A stretch of 64,000 bases of DNA from Candidatus Velthaea sp. (lineage in GTDB: Bacteria > Vulcanimicrobiota > Vulcanimicrobiia > Vulcanimicrobiales > Vulcanimicrobiaceae). Every line of letters begins with the position of its first letter. The stretch's first letter is position 1. The notes below the pieces were generated by a model. It did not search any database and had not been told where the DNA came from. It saw only the letters and a list, made by a program, of their open reading frames with translations. Location: the NCBI GenBank assembly GCA_965214935.1, contig CBDCCS010000001.1:32001-96000 (forward strand), written 5' to 3'. This document shows, piece by piece, positions 1 through 11,447 of the stretch. A program made the position numbers and the translations under genes.

Positions 1-619
1 CGATCTCGATGAGCGTACCGACGGTTATGCGGACCATGCGGTGCAAGAAACCGTCGCCGACGATTCGAATCCGGGCAAGTTCGCCGCAGCGGTCGATGCC
101 GATCGACGAAATTCCGCGGACCGTCGGTCCGCTCGTCGGCAGCACGCCGCAAAACGCAATAAAATCGAACTCGCCGATGAAGTCGAGCGCCGCGCGCTCG
201 AAGCGCCCGACGTCGATCGGCATCCATACATGGTGCGCGAAGCGCGCCATTGCACCTGACGGCGTCGCACGATTGAGAACGAGATACTCGTAGATCCGCG
301 TTCGGGCGTCGAAGCGCGCGGAAAACGCGTTGTCCACGATTGCAGCATCGCGCGCGCTAACGTCGGCGGGCAATCGCGCGTTGAGCGCAAGCGCCAACCG
401 CTCGATCGGAAACCGGCGCTCGCTACAGAATGAAATAACTTGACCGGTCGCGTGAACGCCGGTGTCCGTTCGGCCGGCGGCGGTCAGCTTGATCGGCTCC
501 GCGAAAAGACCGCTCAATACGGCTTCGACTTGACCGCAGACCGTGCGCAGCCCCGGTTGAAATTGCCAGCCATGATAGTCGGTGCCGTCATACTCGATGA
601 CGCAACGATATGTTACCAC
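1..619 (-). CDS. truA: tRNA pseudouridine(38-40) synthase, 3' end runs off the window
   Basis: Not in the ORF track because it is open at the edge. Manual translation from GTG 619 gives VVTYRCVIEYDGTDYHGWQFQ...AAGRTDTGVHATGQV...FSARFDA...GDGFLHRMVRITVGTL, the TruA motifs. Confidence 0.95.
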   Translation of the reverse strand, partial: MVTYRCVIEYDGTDYHGWQFQPGLRTVCGQVEAVLSGLFAEPIKLTAAGRTDTGVHATGQVISFCSERRFPIERLALALNARLPADVSARDAAIVDNAFSARFDARTRIYEYLVLNRATPSGAMARFAHHVWMPIDVGRFERAALDFIGEFDFIAFCGVLPTSGPTVRGISSIGIDRCGELARIRIVGDGFLHRMVRITVGTLIEI

Positions 620-729
620 CGCAAGAAGATGCGGACTGCGTTCATCGCCTGCGCGGCATTCAACGAACGAAAACGAGCCGCCTCGCGGCGACTCGTCAAA
701 CAACTATGCGTCAGCGGAGCGGCGAAAAT

Positions 730-1164
730 TTAGGCCGGCACCGGAACCGGGCGGTGTTCGTCGAGATCCAGCACATCGGCCCAGCTTTTGATGTCGGTAC
801 GTTCGGGCGCAACCTGCTGCAAGAGCGACTGGAAGAACTTCTCGGAATCGGTGCCGGGCGCGGGGCCCGACGCTAACCACTGGGCATTCCAATCCGCGAT
901 CTCCGATTCACTCTTTTTGTGAATGAACGGAGCGACATAATCGCTAATTTCCTGATCGCTTTTCGCTTTCGAGATAACATCGAGAAGCGCTTCGTGGTCG
1001 ATGCCCAAAAAGCTGAAAATTGCGGCATCCATCGGGCAGTTATAGTGGTACTCGCCAAGATTACCGTGCGCTTTGGCTTTGCCTTTATCGATCGTGCGAG
1101 CGAGTTGCACCACGCCGTGTAGCTCGGTTTTGACACTCGTCGGATACGTCTGAGTGAGATCCAT
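730..1164 (-). CDS. DUF5069-like conserved protein
   Basis: 144 aa; LARTIDKGKA...GEYHYNCPMD...FLGI and C-terminal W.DVLDLDE pattern recalled for DUF5069. Confidence 0.7.
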   Translation of the reverse strand: MDLTQTYPTSVKTELHGVVQLARTIDKGKAKAHGNLGEYHYNCPMDAAIFSFLGIDHEALLDVISKAKSDQEISDYVAPFIHKKSESEIADWNAQWLASGPAPGTDSEKFFQSLLQQVAPERTDIKSWADVLDLDEHRPVPVPA

Positions 1165-1307
1165 GGAAGTTCCTTACTGTGCACCGGAACGTGCACCGGA
1201 GTGCTGTTTGGCGGATAGCGGTCGCGTCTGCATGAGTCGTCGCAGCCGCCCGGAGTTGCGCCGCGACCCGAGGCCGTCACGCCGACGATACGGCCTTGAA
1301 ACGGCTC

Positions 1308-2804
1308 TTATTGGACGAGCCGTTGCAGCGGAAACAATAGCACGTCGCGGATCGATGCGTTATTCGTGAGTAACATAACGATCCGGTCCACGCCGATGCC
1401 GATCCCGGCGGTGGGCGGCATGCCGATCTCGAGCGCCGTAACGAAGTCCCAATCCGGCGGCGGCACTTCTTGGTCGCCGGCCGCCTTTTCAGCGATCTGC
1501 AACTCGAAGCGGCGGCGCTGATCGTCGGGATCGTTCAGCTCGCTAAACGCGTTGGCAAGCTCCATATAAGCGCCGAAAAGCTCGTAACGTTCGGTAAGCT
1601 CCGGATCGTCGGCCATCCGCTTGGCCAACGGCGAAAGAATGACGGGATACCCGTACACGAAGGTCGGCGACAGCAGGTGCGGCTCGATCACTCGCTCGAA
1701 AATCTTATCGAGCGCGTGCGCGTGCGTAGGCGAGCGCGGGATGCCGATATCAGTCAAGATTTGCTGCGCCGCGGCGAAATCGAGCAACCGCTCCCGGTCG
1801 AGACCGCCGTACGTTTTCATCGCTTCGAGATAACCGATACGTGCGAACGGCGTTGCAAACGAAATTGCGTCCTCGCCGTACATGAGCGTATCGCCGCCGT
1901 GCAGGCTATGCACGAGATGCGCGAACAAATCTTCGTTGAATTGCATCATCTCGTGCACCGACCAAAACGCGGCGTATAATTCGAGCATCGTAAATTCGGG
2001 ATTGTGCGTCGCGTCGATGCCTTCGTTGCGAAAGATGCGGCCGATCTCATACACCCGCTCCAAGCCGCCCACGATAAGCCGCTTGAGATTGAGCTCCGTC
2101 GCAATCCGCAAGGTCAATTGCGCGTCGCCCAGCGCGTTGGATCTGGTGAGAAACGGCCGGGCGGTCGCGCCGCCCGCAATGTGGACGAGCACCGGCGTCT
2201 CGCATTCGTGAAAACCGCGCGCATCGATGAAGCGCCGCATCTCGGCGATAATTTTCGAGCGCGCGATGAAGACGTCGCGCACGTGCGGATTGACCGCCAG
2301 ATCGATGTAGCGCTGGCGCGAGCGCTTCTCGATGTCCGTTAAGCCGTGCCACTTGTCCGGCAACGGCGCGAGCGCTTTGCCCAAGACCTCGAACGAACCG
2401 ACATGGAGGGTCAGCTCGCCCATCTTCGATCGAAAGACAAAGCCGCGAACGCCGACGAAGTCGCCGCGATCCAGCTCACGGAAGGCGTCGAAGGCGTTAC
2501 CGAGTTCGTCGCGCTTGAGATAGAGTTGGAAGCGGCCGCTTACGTCGTCGATGTCGGCGAAGATGACTTTGCCTTGTCCGCGCATCGCCATGAGACGTCC
2601 GGCAAGTGCGTGTGTTTGCGCTTCGGCATGCTCTTGCGGCGCAAGTGTCGCGTACCGTGCCGCGAGGTCCGCAGCGTGAGCGCTAACGTCGAACCGCGTT
2701 GCCTCGAACGGGTCGATCCCGCGTTCGCGCAAAGCGGCCAAATTCGTTCGCCGCGCCGCGATCAGCTCGGCTTCACGCCTGCCAACGTCTTCCTCGCTCA
2801 CCAT
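1308..2804 (-). CDS. lysS: Lysine--tRNA ligase (class II)
   Basis: LPDKWHGL, GGATARPF, LRIATELNLKRL, FRNEGID, HNPEFTMLE, GMPPTAGIGIGVDR. Confidence 0.98.
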   Translation of the reverse strand: MVSEEDVGRREAELIAARRTNLAALRERGIDPFEATRFDVSAHAADLAARYATLAPQEHAEAQTHALAGRLMAMRGQGKVIFADIDDVSGRFQLYLKRDELGNAFDAFRELDRGDFVGVRGFVFRSKMGELTLHVGSFEVLGKALAPLPDKWHGLTDIEKRSRQRYIDLAVNPHVRDVFIARSKIIAEMRRFIDARGFHECETPVLVHIAGGATARPFLTRSNALGDAQLTLRIATELNLKRLIVGGLERVYEIGRIFRNEGIDATHNPEFTMLELYAAFWSVHEMMQFNEDLFAHLVHSLHGGDTLMYGEDAISFATPFARIGYLEAMKTYGGLDRERLLDFAAAQQILTDIGIPRSPTHAHALDKIFERVIEPHLLSPTFVYGYPVILSPLAKRMADDPELTERYELFGAYMELANAFSELNDPDDQRRRFELQIAEKAAGDQEVPPPDWDFVTALEIGMPPTAGIGIGVDRIVMLLTNNASIRDVLLFPLQRLVQ

Positions 2805-2871
2805 GCGCAGTTACGACAGCAACGGAGGGCGTCCGTTTTTCGGCCGTTGTTACGACCGGTCGTTACACCCG

Positions 2872-3375
2872 CTACGAAGCCTTCTTGCCTTTTTTTACAG
2901 CTTTATTGATCGACTCGATTTTGTATTTCATCTGCCCGCGCGGCGTCGTGACGTCGACGACCTCGCCTTGTTTGCGGCCCATGAGCGCATGCCCGAGCGG
3001 CGATTCGTTCGAGAGCCGCGCATTTTTCGGATCGGCTTCGGCCGAGCCGACGATGGTAAATTCGTGCGCGCTGCCGCTGCCGGTTTCTTTCACCCTGACG
3101 GTCGCGCCTAGATGCACTTCGTCGGCAACATAGTCACTTTGATCGATGATCCGCGCATTGCGAATCATGCTCTCGAGCTTGAGCACGCGGCCTTCAACGA
3201 ACGCCTGTTCTTGTTTCGCGTCTTCGTATTCCGCGTTTTCCGAGATGTCGCCGAATTCTTTGGCCTGGCGAATGCGTTCGTTGACTTCGCGGCGGTGGAC
3301 GGTCTTGAGCTCGTCGAGCTCGTCCTCGAGCTTCTTGAGCCCGTCGCGCGTCAGCACGATTTCTTTTTCGTTCAA
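2872..3375 (-). CDS. greA: Transcription elongation factor GreA
   Basis: GDISENAEYEDAK, SNESPLGHAL; start reassigned to TTG 3375 downstream of a GGAG RBS. Confidence 0.96.
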   Translation of the reverse strand: MNEKEIVLTRDGLKKLEDELDELKTVHRREVNERIRQAKEFGDISENAEYEDAKQEQAFVEGRVLKLESMIRNARIIDQSDYVADEVHLGATVRVKETGSGSAHEFTIVGSAEADPKNARLSNESPLGHALMGRKQGEVVDVTTPRGQMKYKIESINKAVKKGKKAS

Positions 3376-3563
3376 TCCGGAGCTCCTGGGAAAGCCGAAC
3401 GCCGCTAAAGTGCGGCGCTCACGAACCCGACCCCGCAGATTCGCGACTGTTTGTCTTAAAAACCTGCTAAAAGGCTCGAAATCATCAAGGATCAGCGGCG
3501 CGTTGCGGCGACGGCCGGCAACCGAACGGAGGCCCTTAGGCGCCATGCGACGTAACCGCTGAA

Positions 3564-4841
3564 ATGATCCTCGAGCGCACCGATACCGGCGATCTACGCG
3601 CATTGCAGCAGTCCGGTGTCGCGCGCGGCGTGAGCGTTGCACACGACATTTTTATCGATCGTGCAGACGGGGCGCGCGTGTGGGATACCGACGGCCGCGA
3701 ATATCTCGACTTCGTCGGCGGAATCGGCGTGTTGAATCTCGGTCACCGTCATCCGCGAGTCGTCGCCGCCGTACGCGATCAACTCGAGCGCTTTACGCAC
3801 ACGTGCTTCCAAGTCGCGATGTATGACGGCTATGTGCTCCTGGCGGAGCGGCTCAACGCGCTGACGCCCGGTAACTTTGCGAAGAAAACGCTGCTGGTCA
3901 CGACGGGCGCCGAAGCGGTCGAGAACGCGGTCAAGATCGCTCGCGCCGCCACCGGCCGGTCGGCGATCGTGACCTTCGCTCGCGGGTATCACGGCCGGAC
4001 GATGTTTGCGCTCGCGATGACGGCGAAGACGAACCCGTACAAGCAAAACTTCGGCCCGTTTCCGGGCGATGTCTACCACGCGCCGTATCCGAATGCGTTC
4101 GCGGGCTGGACGGCCGCCGGAGCGCTTACAGCACTCGAAGCGATGTTCGAGACCGAGATCGCCGCCGACCGGATCGCCGCAATCGTCGTTGAACCGGTGC
4201 TCGGCGAGGGCGGCTTCGTGCCGGCGCCGGCGGAATTTTTGCGCGGCTTGCGGCGCATCACCGATCGGCACGGCATCGTTCTGGTCAGCGACGAGATTCA
4301 GTCGGGTTTCGGGCGAACCGGGAAGATGTTCGCTATCGAGCACAGCGGCGTCGTACCGGACCTCGTGCTCGTCGCCAAGAGCTTAGCGGGCGGACTGCCG
4401 CTGGCCGGCGTGATCGGCCGGGCGGATATCATGGACGCCCCGTTGCCGGGCGGTCTGGGCGGCACGTTTGCCGGCAATCCCATGGCCTGCGCCGCTGCGC
4501 TCGCGACGCTCGACGCGTTTGAAGAAGACGGCCTGCTCGACCGGGCCGTCGCGATCGGCCGTACGACGCACGCCGCCTTACGCGATTTGCAGCGCCGGCA
4601 TGCCACGATCGTCGACGTCCGCGGGTTAGGCGCCATGCTGGCCTTCGAGACGGCGCAAGCCGACGATGCGCAGCGCATCGTCGAAGCTGCCCGCAGTCGC
4701 GGTCTGCTCTTGCTCAAAGCCGGTGCCGGGAACGTCATTCGGCTTTTGATGCCGCTCGTTATCAGCGACGCCGAGCTCGAGACGGGTCTCGATCGATTGG
4801 CGCAAAGTTGTGCCGCCGCGCTCGAAGCAGCGGCCGTTTAA
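3564..4841 (+). CDS. gabT: 4-aminobutyrate (GABA) aminotransferase
   Basis: Class III PLP aminotransferase: DFVGGIGVLNLGH, HTCF, TGAEAVENAVKIAR, YHGRT, DEIQSGFGRTG, AKS, GGLGGTFAGNP. Confidence 0.9.
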   Translation: MILERTDTGDLRALQQSGVARGVSVAHDIFIDRADGARVWDTDGREYLDFVGGIGVLNLGHRHPRVVAAVRDQLERFTHTCFQVAMYDGYVLLAERLNALTPGNFAKKTLLVTTGAEAVENAVKIARAATGRSAIVTFARGYHGRTMFALAMTAKTNPYKQNFGPFPGDVYHAPYPNAFAGWTAAGALTALEAMFETEIAADRIAAIVVEPVLGEGGFVPAPAEFLRGLRRITDRHGIVLVSDEIQSGFGRTGKMFAIEHSGVVPDLVLVAKSLAGGLPLAGVIGRADIMDAPLPGGLGGTFAGNPMACAAALATLDAFEEDGLLDRAVAIGRTTHAALRDLQRRHATIVDVRGLGAMLAFETAQADDAQRIVEAARSRGLLLLKAGAGNVIRLLMPLVISDAELETGLDRLAQSCAAALEAAAV

Positions 4842-6242
<1,401 letters not shown>

Positions 6243-6258
6243 ATGCTGGAGATGAATC

Positions 6259-7782
6259 GTGACCGTTAGTGAAATTCGCGCCGAACTCGGCCGGCTGCAA
6301 ACGTCGCCCGACGGCGTCGCGCTCATGTATATTGCCGGCGACTGGCTGCCGGCATCCGACGGCGGAACGCGCGAACTGATCGACCCCGGTACGGGCGAGA
6401 CGATCGGCCGCGTTGCCGAGGGAACGACGAGCGACACGCTACGCGCGATCGCCGCCGCACGTTCCGCTTTCGATAGCGGGCCGTGGCGTCAAACGTCGGC
6501 GCACGACCGGGCCAAATTGCTTTTCCGCATCGCCGATGCCATCGAGGCGAATGCCGAAGAATTCGCGCGTATCGAGACGCTCAACGCCGGCAAGCCGTTG
6601 CGCGAAACCGAGACCGACGTCGCCGATGCAGCGAACTGCTTCCGATATTATGCCGGGCTGGCGACGAAACCGCACGGCGAAAGTTTCGACGTTCCGGCGC
6701 CTTCGCAAACGTTCACCGTTCGCGAACCGATCGGCGTCTGCGGGCAGATCGTGCCATGGAATTTCCCGCTGCTCATGGCGGCTTGGAAACTCGCGCCGGC
6801 GTTGGCCGCCGGAAACGTGTGCGTGCTTAAACCGTCGGAGTTGACGCCGCTAACGGCGCTGCGGCTTGCGCAAATTATTGATGAAGCCGGCTTACCGCAC
6901 GGCGTGCTTAGCGTCGTTACCGGTGCCGGACCGGTCGCCGGCGCGGCGCTATCCGAAAGCCACGATGTCGATAAGATCGCTTTCACGGGCGGCACGTCGA
7001 CGGGCCGTACGATCATGCAAGCCGCAACCGGGAATCTCAAGAAAATATCGCTCGAATTAGGCGGTAAATCACCGAACATCGTCTTTGCCGATGCCGACTT
7101 CGAGACCGCCGTCGACTACGCACTGCTTGCGATATACGCGGGTTGCGGACAAGTCTGCTCGGCCGGTTCGCGCTTGATTCTCGATGATGCAATCTACGAT
7201 CGGTTCGTTGCGCGGCTCGTCGAACAAGCGCGCAAAATCGTCGTCGGGAACGGCTTCGACCGCGCGACGGAGATGGGTCCGCTCATCAGCGCGCAACATC
7301 TGGCCAAAGTCGAGAAGTTCATTGAGATCGGTATCGCCGAAGGCGCAAAACTGCTGTGCGGCGGCGCACGTCCCGAGGGCGCCCAAGCCGCGCACGGCAA
7401 CTACTTGCAACCGACGATCTTTGCCGAAACGACGCCGCACATGCGCATCGTACGCGAAGAGATTTTCGGCCCGGTGCTCGTTGTGCAGCGCTTCTCCACC
7501 GAAGCCCAAGCAATCGCGATCGCGAACGACACGCCGTTCGGTTTAGCCGGTGCGGTGTTCACGCAGGACGCCGCGCGCGCGCATCGCGTCGTGCGCGCTC
7601 TTCGCGCCGGCATCACGTGGATCAACACCTATCATCCGACGTATAACGAAGCACCGTGGGGCGGTTACAAACAATCCGGGATCGGTCGCGAACTCGGCAC
7701 CTACGGTTTCGATGAGTACACCGAAGTCAAACAAATCAACGTCAATTTAGCCATAGAACCCAGCGGGTGGTTCGCCGGGTAA
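6259..7782 (+). CDS. Aldehyde dehydrogenase, betaine-/aminoaldehyde type; likely PatD-like role
   Basis: PWNFPL, KPSELTP, FTGG, LELGGKSP, GQVCSAG, EEIFGPV; lies directly after patA. Confidence 0.88.
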   Translation: MTVSEIRAELGRLQTSPDGVALMYIAGDWLPASDGGTRELIDPGTGETIGRVAEGTTSDTLRAIAAARSAFDSGPWRQTSAHDRAKLLFRIADAIEANAEEFARIETLNAGKPLRETETDVADAANCFRYYAGLATKPHGESFDVPAPSQTFTVREPIGVCGQIVPWNFPLLMAAWKLAPALAAGNVCVLKPSELTPLTALRLAQIIDEAGLPHGVLSVVTGAGPVAGAALSESHDVDKIAFTGGTSTGRTIMQAATGNLKKISLELGGKSPNIVFADADFETAVDYALLAIYAGCGQVCSAGSRLILDDAIYDRFVARLVEQARKIVVGNGFDRATEMGPLISAQHLAKVEKFIEIGIAEGAKLLCGGARPEGAQAAHGNYLQPTIFAETTPHMRIVREEIFGPVLVVQRFSTEAQAIAIANDTPFGLAGAVFTQDAARAHRVVRALRAGITWINTYHPTYNEAPWGGYKQSGIGRELGTYGFDEYTEVKQINVNLAIEPSGWFAG

Positions 7783-7805
7783 CGAAAAGTCGAAGGGCTC
7801 GCAAG

Positions 7806-7839
7806 AGCGCGCGGTTTAAGACGGCGTAAACCGCGCGCT
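7806..7839 (+). other. Perfect 13-bp intergenic hairpin with no U-tract
   Basis: AGCGCGCGGTTTA-N8-TAAACCGCGCGCT between the aldehyde dehydrogenase and receptor genes. Confidence 0.7.
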
Positions 7840-7878
7840 GTCGCCTGGGTCAGCCGCTCAAAAACGTTTGGAGGGTCG

Positions 7879-10800
7879 ATGTACCGTCGCATTTCGGCGG
7901 GGCTGCTTACAGCAGCCCTCTTTCTTGCAACCTTGTTGCCGGCATTAGCGGGGACGACCGGCGGATTGCGCGGCCGAATCACCGATCGTGCGACCGGCGC
8001 CGGCGTTGCGGGCGTACGCGTTACGCTGGCATCACCGTCGCAATCAGCGACCGCAACGACCGACGCAAACGGCAACTTCATCTTCTTGTCGCTCAGTCCC
8101 GACACATACACGCTGGGCGTTGCGCCGGCAGGGTACGATGCCACCTCGCAAAGTGGTGTAACGGTCGCGTCGGACCAAGTGCAAACCGCCTCGCTCGTCG
8201 TCGTACGCACCATCAAGACGATCGGCCGGACGACGAGCCGTTCGGGATCGAACGTCGTCCGCCCGGGAACGACGAGCGACGTGTACTCCGTGAACGCAGC
8301 GGGCGCCGAAGCAACGGCGGCGCTCGGCGGCGCCGGCGGTCTCAATCAAGCGTATAGCGCTTTTGCTTCGGTTCCCGGCGTGAGTTTACAAGAAGGCCAG
8401 CAAGGCTGGAACCAGCTCGTTTACGTTCGGGGCGGCGATTATGAAGACGTCGCCGTCGAACTCGACGGCATTCCGGTGCAGCGTGCTTCGGACGTCGCGC
8501 CGATCACGACGCTTTCGAGCCTCGGTCAACAAGAGCTGCAGATTTATACCGGCGGCGCACCGGCATCGGCCGACGCCTCCGGGCTGTCCGGTTATATCAA
8601 CCAAGTCATTCGCACCGGCACGTATCCGGGGTTTAAGGACTTTCAGCTCGGCGTCGGCGCGCCGGCGTTTTATCATAAATTGCAGGCCGAGATCGGCGGA
8701 GCGACCAGTAACCGGAATTTCAGCTATTACATCGGCGTCGCCGGAATCAATCAGGATTACCGCTACGGCGATCAATTCAATGCGGCCGGAAATCCGGCGT
8801 TTTTCGCGCCGCTGGCCGTGCCGTCGAATAACAATCTCGGCGTGTACGACGGCAGCGGCGCGTTTGCCGTTGCCCCCGGTCAAAGTTACTCGATCGCAAA
8901 TACGAACGACCGCGAGTTCGTCGCGAACTTTCATGTCGCGCTGCCGCACAAAGACGGTAACGGCAAAGACGACCTGCAATTACTCTACGCCAATGCGCGT
9001 ATTTTAGCCCAATTTTACGGCTCGGTGAACGATCTCGGCGGGTCATCGTATGTTAGCAATGCGATCGGGTTTACGCCCACCTATGTCGACTCGAACGTCT
9101 ATAACGGCCCGCTTTTGACACCGCTGACGGGCAACGAACCGGTGACGCCATATGCGTTTCCGGGCGTCGGTACGCATGCGTTCAACGGCACGCTGCCGGC
9201 CGATCTGCGTGAAATCAGCGACAACGGCTTCTCGCTCGTGAAGCTCCAATACCAAAAGAACATCAACGATCGATCGTATTTTCGGCTCTACGGGTACAGC
9301 GATTACTCGAACTGGTTCATCAACGGGCCGGTCAGTGCGAACCTCGCGTACGGCGGCGAGATCGCCGATTACGAGGTGATCGATCACACCTACGGCCTGA
9401 ACGCGCGCTATGAAAATCAACTGACGCCCAAACACTTGTTGACCGCAACCGCGTCTTATCAGACGCAAAACATTCAGACCTATTCAAACGGTGCCAACGG
9501 CGGCGAAATCACGACGAATCTGACCGATAGTGCCGGTAATTGTTTTAGTCCGCTCAACGGAAACTACGCCAGCTGCTATACGCCCATTTACAACGCCGAC
9601 GGCACCGTCAACGGCGCGGGCGGATTGAACGTCTACGGGCAGTATGGAGCACCGATCGCGGGCTCGCCGGGTTCGGCGCTCATTCCATCGACACTACCGG
9701 GCTCCGGACTGCCGGGTGCAGTACCGGCCGGCTCGCCGGCAACGCTGGCTAACGGCGGTGCCGGTGCAAATTGGGTCGTGACCAACAACGGCTCCGAAGG
9801 TGAACTCGATACGGTTCGGCCGTTCTTTACCGCAGTTTCGCTAAGCGATCAATGGCGGCCGACGGACAAACTCGTCATTAATGCCGGCGTCCGGTATGAG
9901 AGCTTTCTCTACCGGCTTGCCGATACATCAGGCCCCGCGCGCCAATTCTGGTTCAACGCGTGGAATCGCGAAAATTGCTATACGCCCGGGCAGCCTTCGG
10001 CGACACCCAATGCGGCCGTCAATCCGCTGACCGGCGCCGTGCCGGCTTGTCCGGCCGGGTCGATCGCTCTTATTAATACGTCGCCTAAAAGCGTTCAGTA
10101 TCCGGCGTTTCAGCCACGCGCCGGTTTAACGTACACGTTGAATCCCGACACGGTCGTGCGTGCATCGTACGGCCGCTACGCGCAGCAGCCGGGCACATCG
10201 TATCAGCAATACAACGTGGTGCAGCAAGATTTGCCGGGTTACATTTCGACGTTTTTACCGTACGGATTTAATTCACCGTATCACGTGACGCAACCGTCGT
10301 ATTCGAATAGCTACGATTTCTCACTCGAGAAGCATCTCAAAGGTACCGACTACTCATTTAAGCTCACACCGTTTTACCGCTCGACACAAGCTGAACTGCA
10401 GGGTATTCCGATCGGGTCGCAAGGTGTCGTCGACGGCCTCAATACCGGCACCGGACGTTCGTACGGCGTCGAGTTTCAGTTCTCGAAAGGCGACTTCGGC
10501 CGGCAAGGCTTGTCGTATCAACTTTCTTATACGTACACCCAGGCGTTGACGCGCTTCAACGACTTTCTTACCGGTAACAATTTCATCGATAACCAGAACG
10601 CCTATGTCAAGCAATACAATGCGTTCACCAGTTTCTGTACGACCAATCCGACCGATGCACGCTGCGGCGCAACGCCCACGGGCGTCGCGGCGGCGCCATG
10701 CTATGCGCCGGGCGGCGCCGGCGTGACGGCAACGCCCGATCTCGCTGCGCCCTCGAGTGCGGCGTGCGGCGCGGGCGAGTTCGCCAATCCGTATTGGAAT

Positions 10801-11445
10801 GCGCCGGTTCAGCCGCTGTTCGATCGCACCGGTTCGTACACGCCCTACGATATTCTCCCATCGAATCCGTTCAGCGGCGCGGTCGGCTTCAACACGCCGA
10901 GCGTCGTAACCGGCGTCGTGAATTTCCGGCGCGGTAAATTCACGCTCACGCCCAGTGCAACGTACAGTTCGGGAACGTTCTACGGTTCGCCGTTGACATG
11001 GCCGGGATACGATCCGACGACGTGCGGTGCGGCAGTCGCCGGAACGACGGGTGCCAACACCCAAACGTGCAGCGGCGCGATTCTACAGCCCGATCTTTAC
11101 ACGGGTAATTTTGACGGCCAAGGCGCGTTTCGCGAACCGACGCGCTTCACGCTCAACTTCCAGACCGGATACGAGTTCAACAAAAGTGTTCGCGCCGTAC
11201 TGACGCTGACGAGCCTGATCGACCACTGCTATCAGCGCGGTTATGCGTGGGACAATCCGTCGACGTGCGTCTACGCGCAGCTGCCGTCGAATCACTTGGC
11301 TCCGGTCGGAAACTTCGTCGATCCGTCGACGGCGCCGGTGCAGATCCGCTATCCGTACGGCAGCTTTTACAACAACGTACAAACCGGATTCGTCGGACAG
11401 AAGCTGCCCTTTAGCGCGTTTCTCAATCTCGAAGTGCGCCTCTGA
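7879..11445 (+). CDS. TonB-dependent receptor-like outer-membrane protein with N-terminal carboxypeptidase-regulatory-like domain
   Basis: Signal peptide; GTTGGLRGRITD..G.GVAGV.VTL; plug-like VPGV...YVRGG..VELDGIP; barrel strands INAGVRYE, FQPRAGLTY, VRASYGRY; GGAGG RBS. Confidence 0.85.
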   Translation: MYRRISAGLLTAALFLATLLPALAGTTGGLRGRITDRATGAGVAGVRVTLASPSQSATATTDANGNFIFLSLSPDTYTLGVAPAGYDATSQSGVTVASDQVQTASLVVVRTIKTIGRTTSRSGSNVVRPGTTSDVYSVNAAGAEATAALGGAGGLNQAYSAFASVPGVSLQEGQQGWNQLVYVRGGDYEDVAVELDGIPVQRASDVAPITTLSSLGQQELQIYTGGAPASADASGLSGYINQVIRTGTYPGFKDFQLGVGAPAFYHKLQAEIGGATSNRNFSYYIGVAGINQDYRYGDQFNAAGNPAFFAPLAVPSNNNLGVYDGSGAFAVAPGQSYSIANTNDREFVANFHVALPHKDGNGKDDLQLLYANARILAQFYGSVNDLGGSSYVSNAIGFTPTYVDSNVYNGPLLTPLTGNEPVTPYAFPGVGTHAFNGTLPADLREISDNGFSLVKLQYQKNINDRSYFRLYGYSDYSNWFINGPVSANLAYGGEIADYEVIDHTYGLNARYENQLTPKHLLTATASYQTQNIQTYSNGANGGEITTNLTDSAGNCFSPLNGNYASCYTPIYNADGTVNGAGGLNVYGQYGAPIAGSPGSALIPSTLPGSGLPGAVPAGSPATLANGGAGANWVVTNNGSEGELDTVRPFFTAVSLSDQWRPTDKLVINAGVRYESFLYRLADTSGPARQFWFNAWNRENCYTPGQPSATPNAAVNPLTGAVPACPAGSIALINTSPKSVQYPAFQPRAGLTYTLNPDTVVRASYGRYAQQPGTSYQQYNVVQQDLPGYISTFLPYGFNSPYHVTQPSYSNSYDFSLEKHLKGTDYSFKLTPFYRSTQAELQGIPIGSQGVVDGLNTGTGRSYGVEFQFSKGDFGRQGLSYQLSYTYTQALTRFNDFLTGNNFIDNQNAYVKQYNAFTSFCTTNPTDARCGATPTGVAAAPCYAPGGAGVTATPDLAAPSSAACGAGEFANPYWNAPVQPLFDRTGSYTPYDILPSNPFSGAVGFNTPSVVTGVVNFRRGKFTLTPSATYSSGTFYGSPLTWPGYDPTTCGAAVAGTTGANTQTCSGAILQPDLYTGNFDGQGAFREPTRFTLNFQTGYEFNKSVRAVLTLTSLIDHCYQRGYAWDNPSTCVYAQLPSNHLAPVGNFVDPSTAPVQIRYPYGSFYNNVQTGFVGQKLPFSAFLNLEVRL

Positions 11446-11447
11446 GT

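Noticed and set aside
25..390. 121-aa minus-strand ORF from the track
   Set aside because: Wrong frame; the real gene here is truA
1179..1200. GTGCACCGGA direct repeat upstream of the DUF5069-like gene
   Set aside because: Only two 10-bp copies; cannot distinguish an operator from a chance duplication
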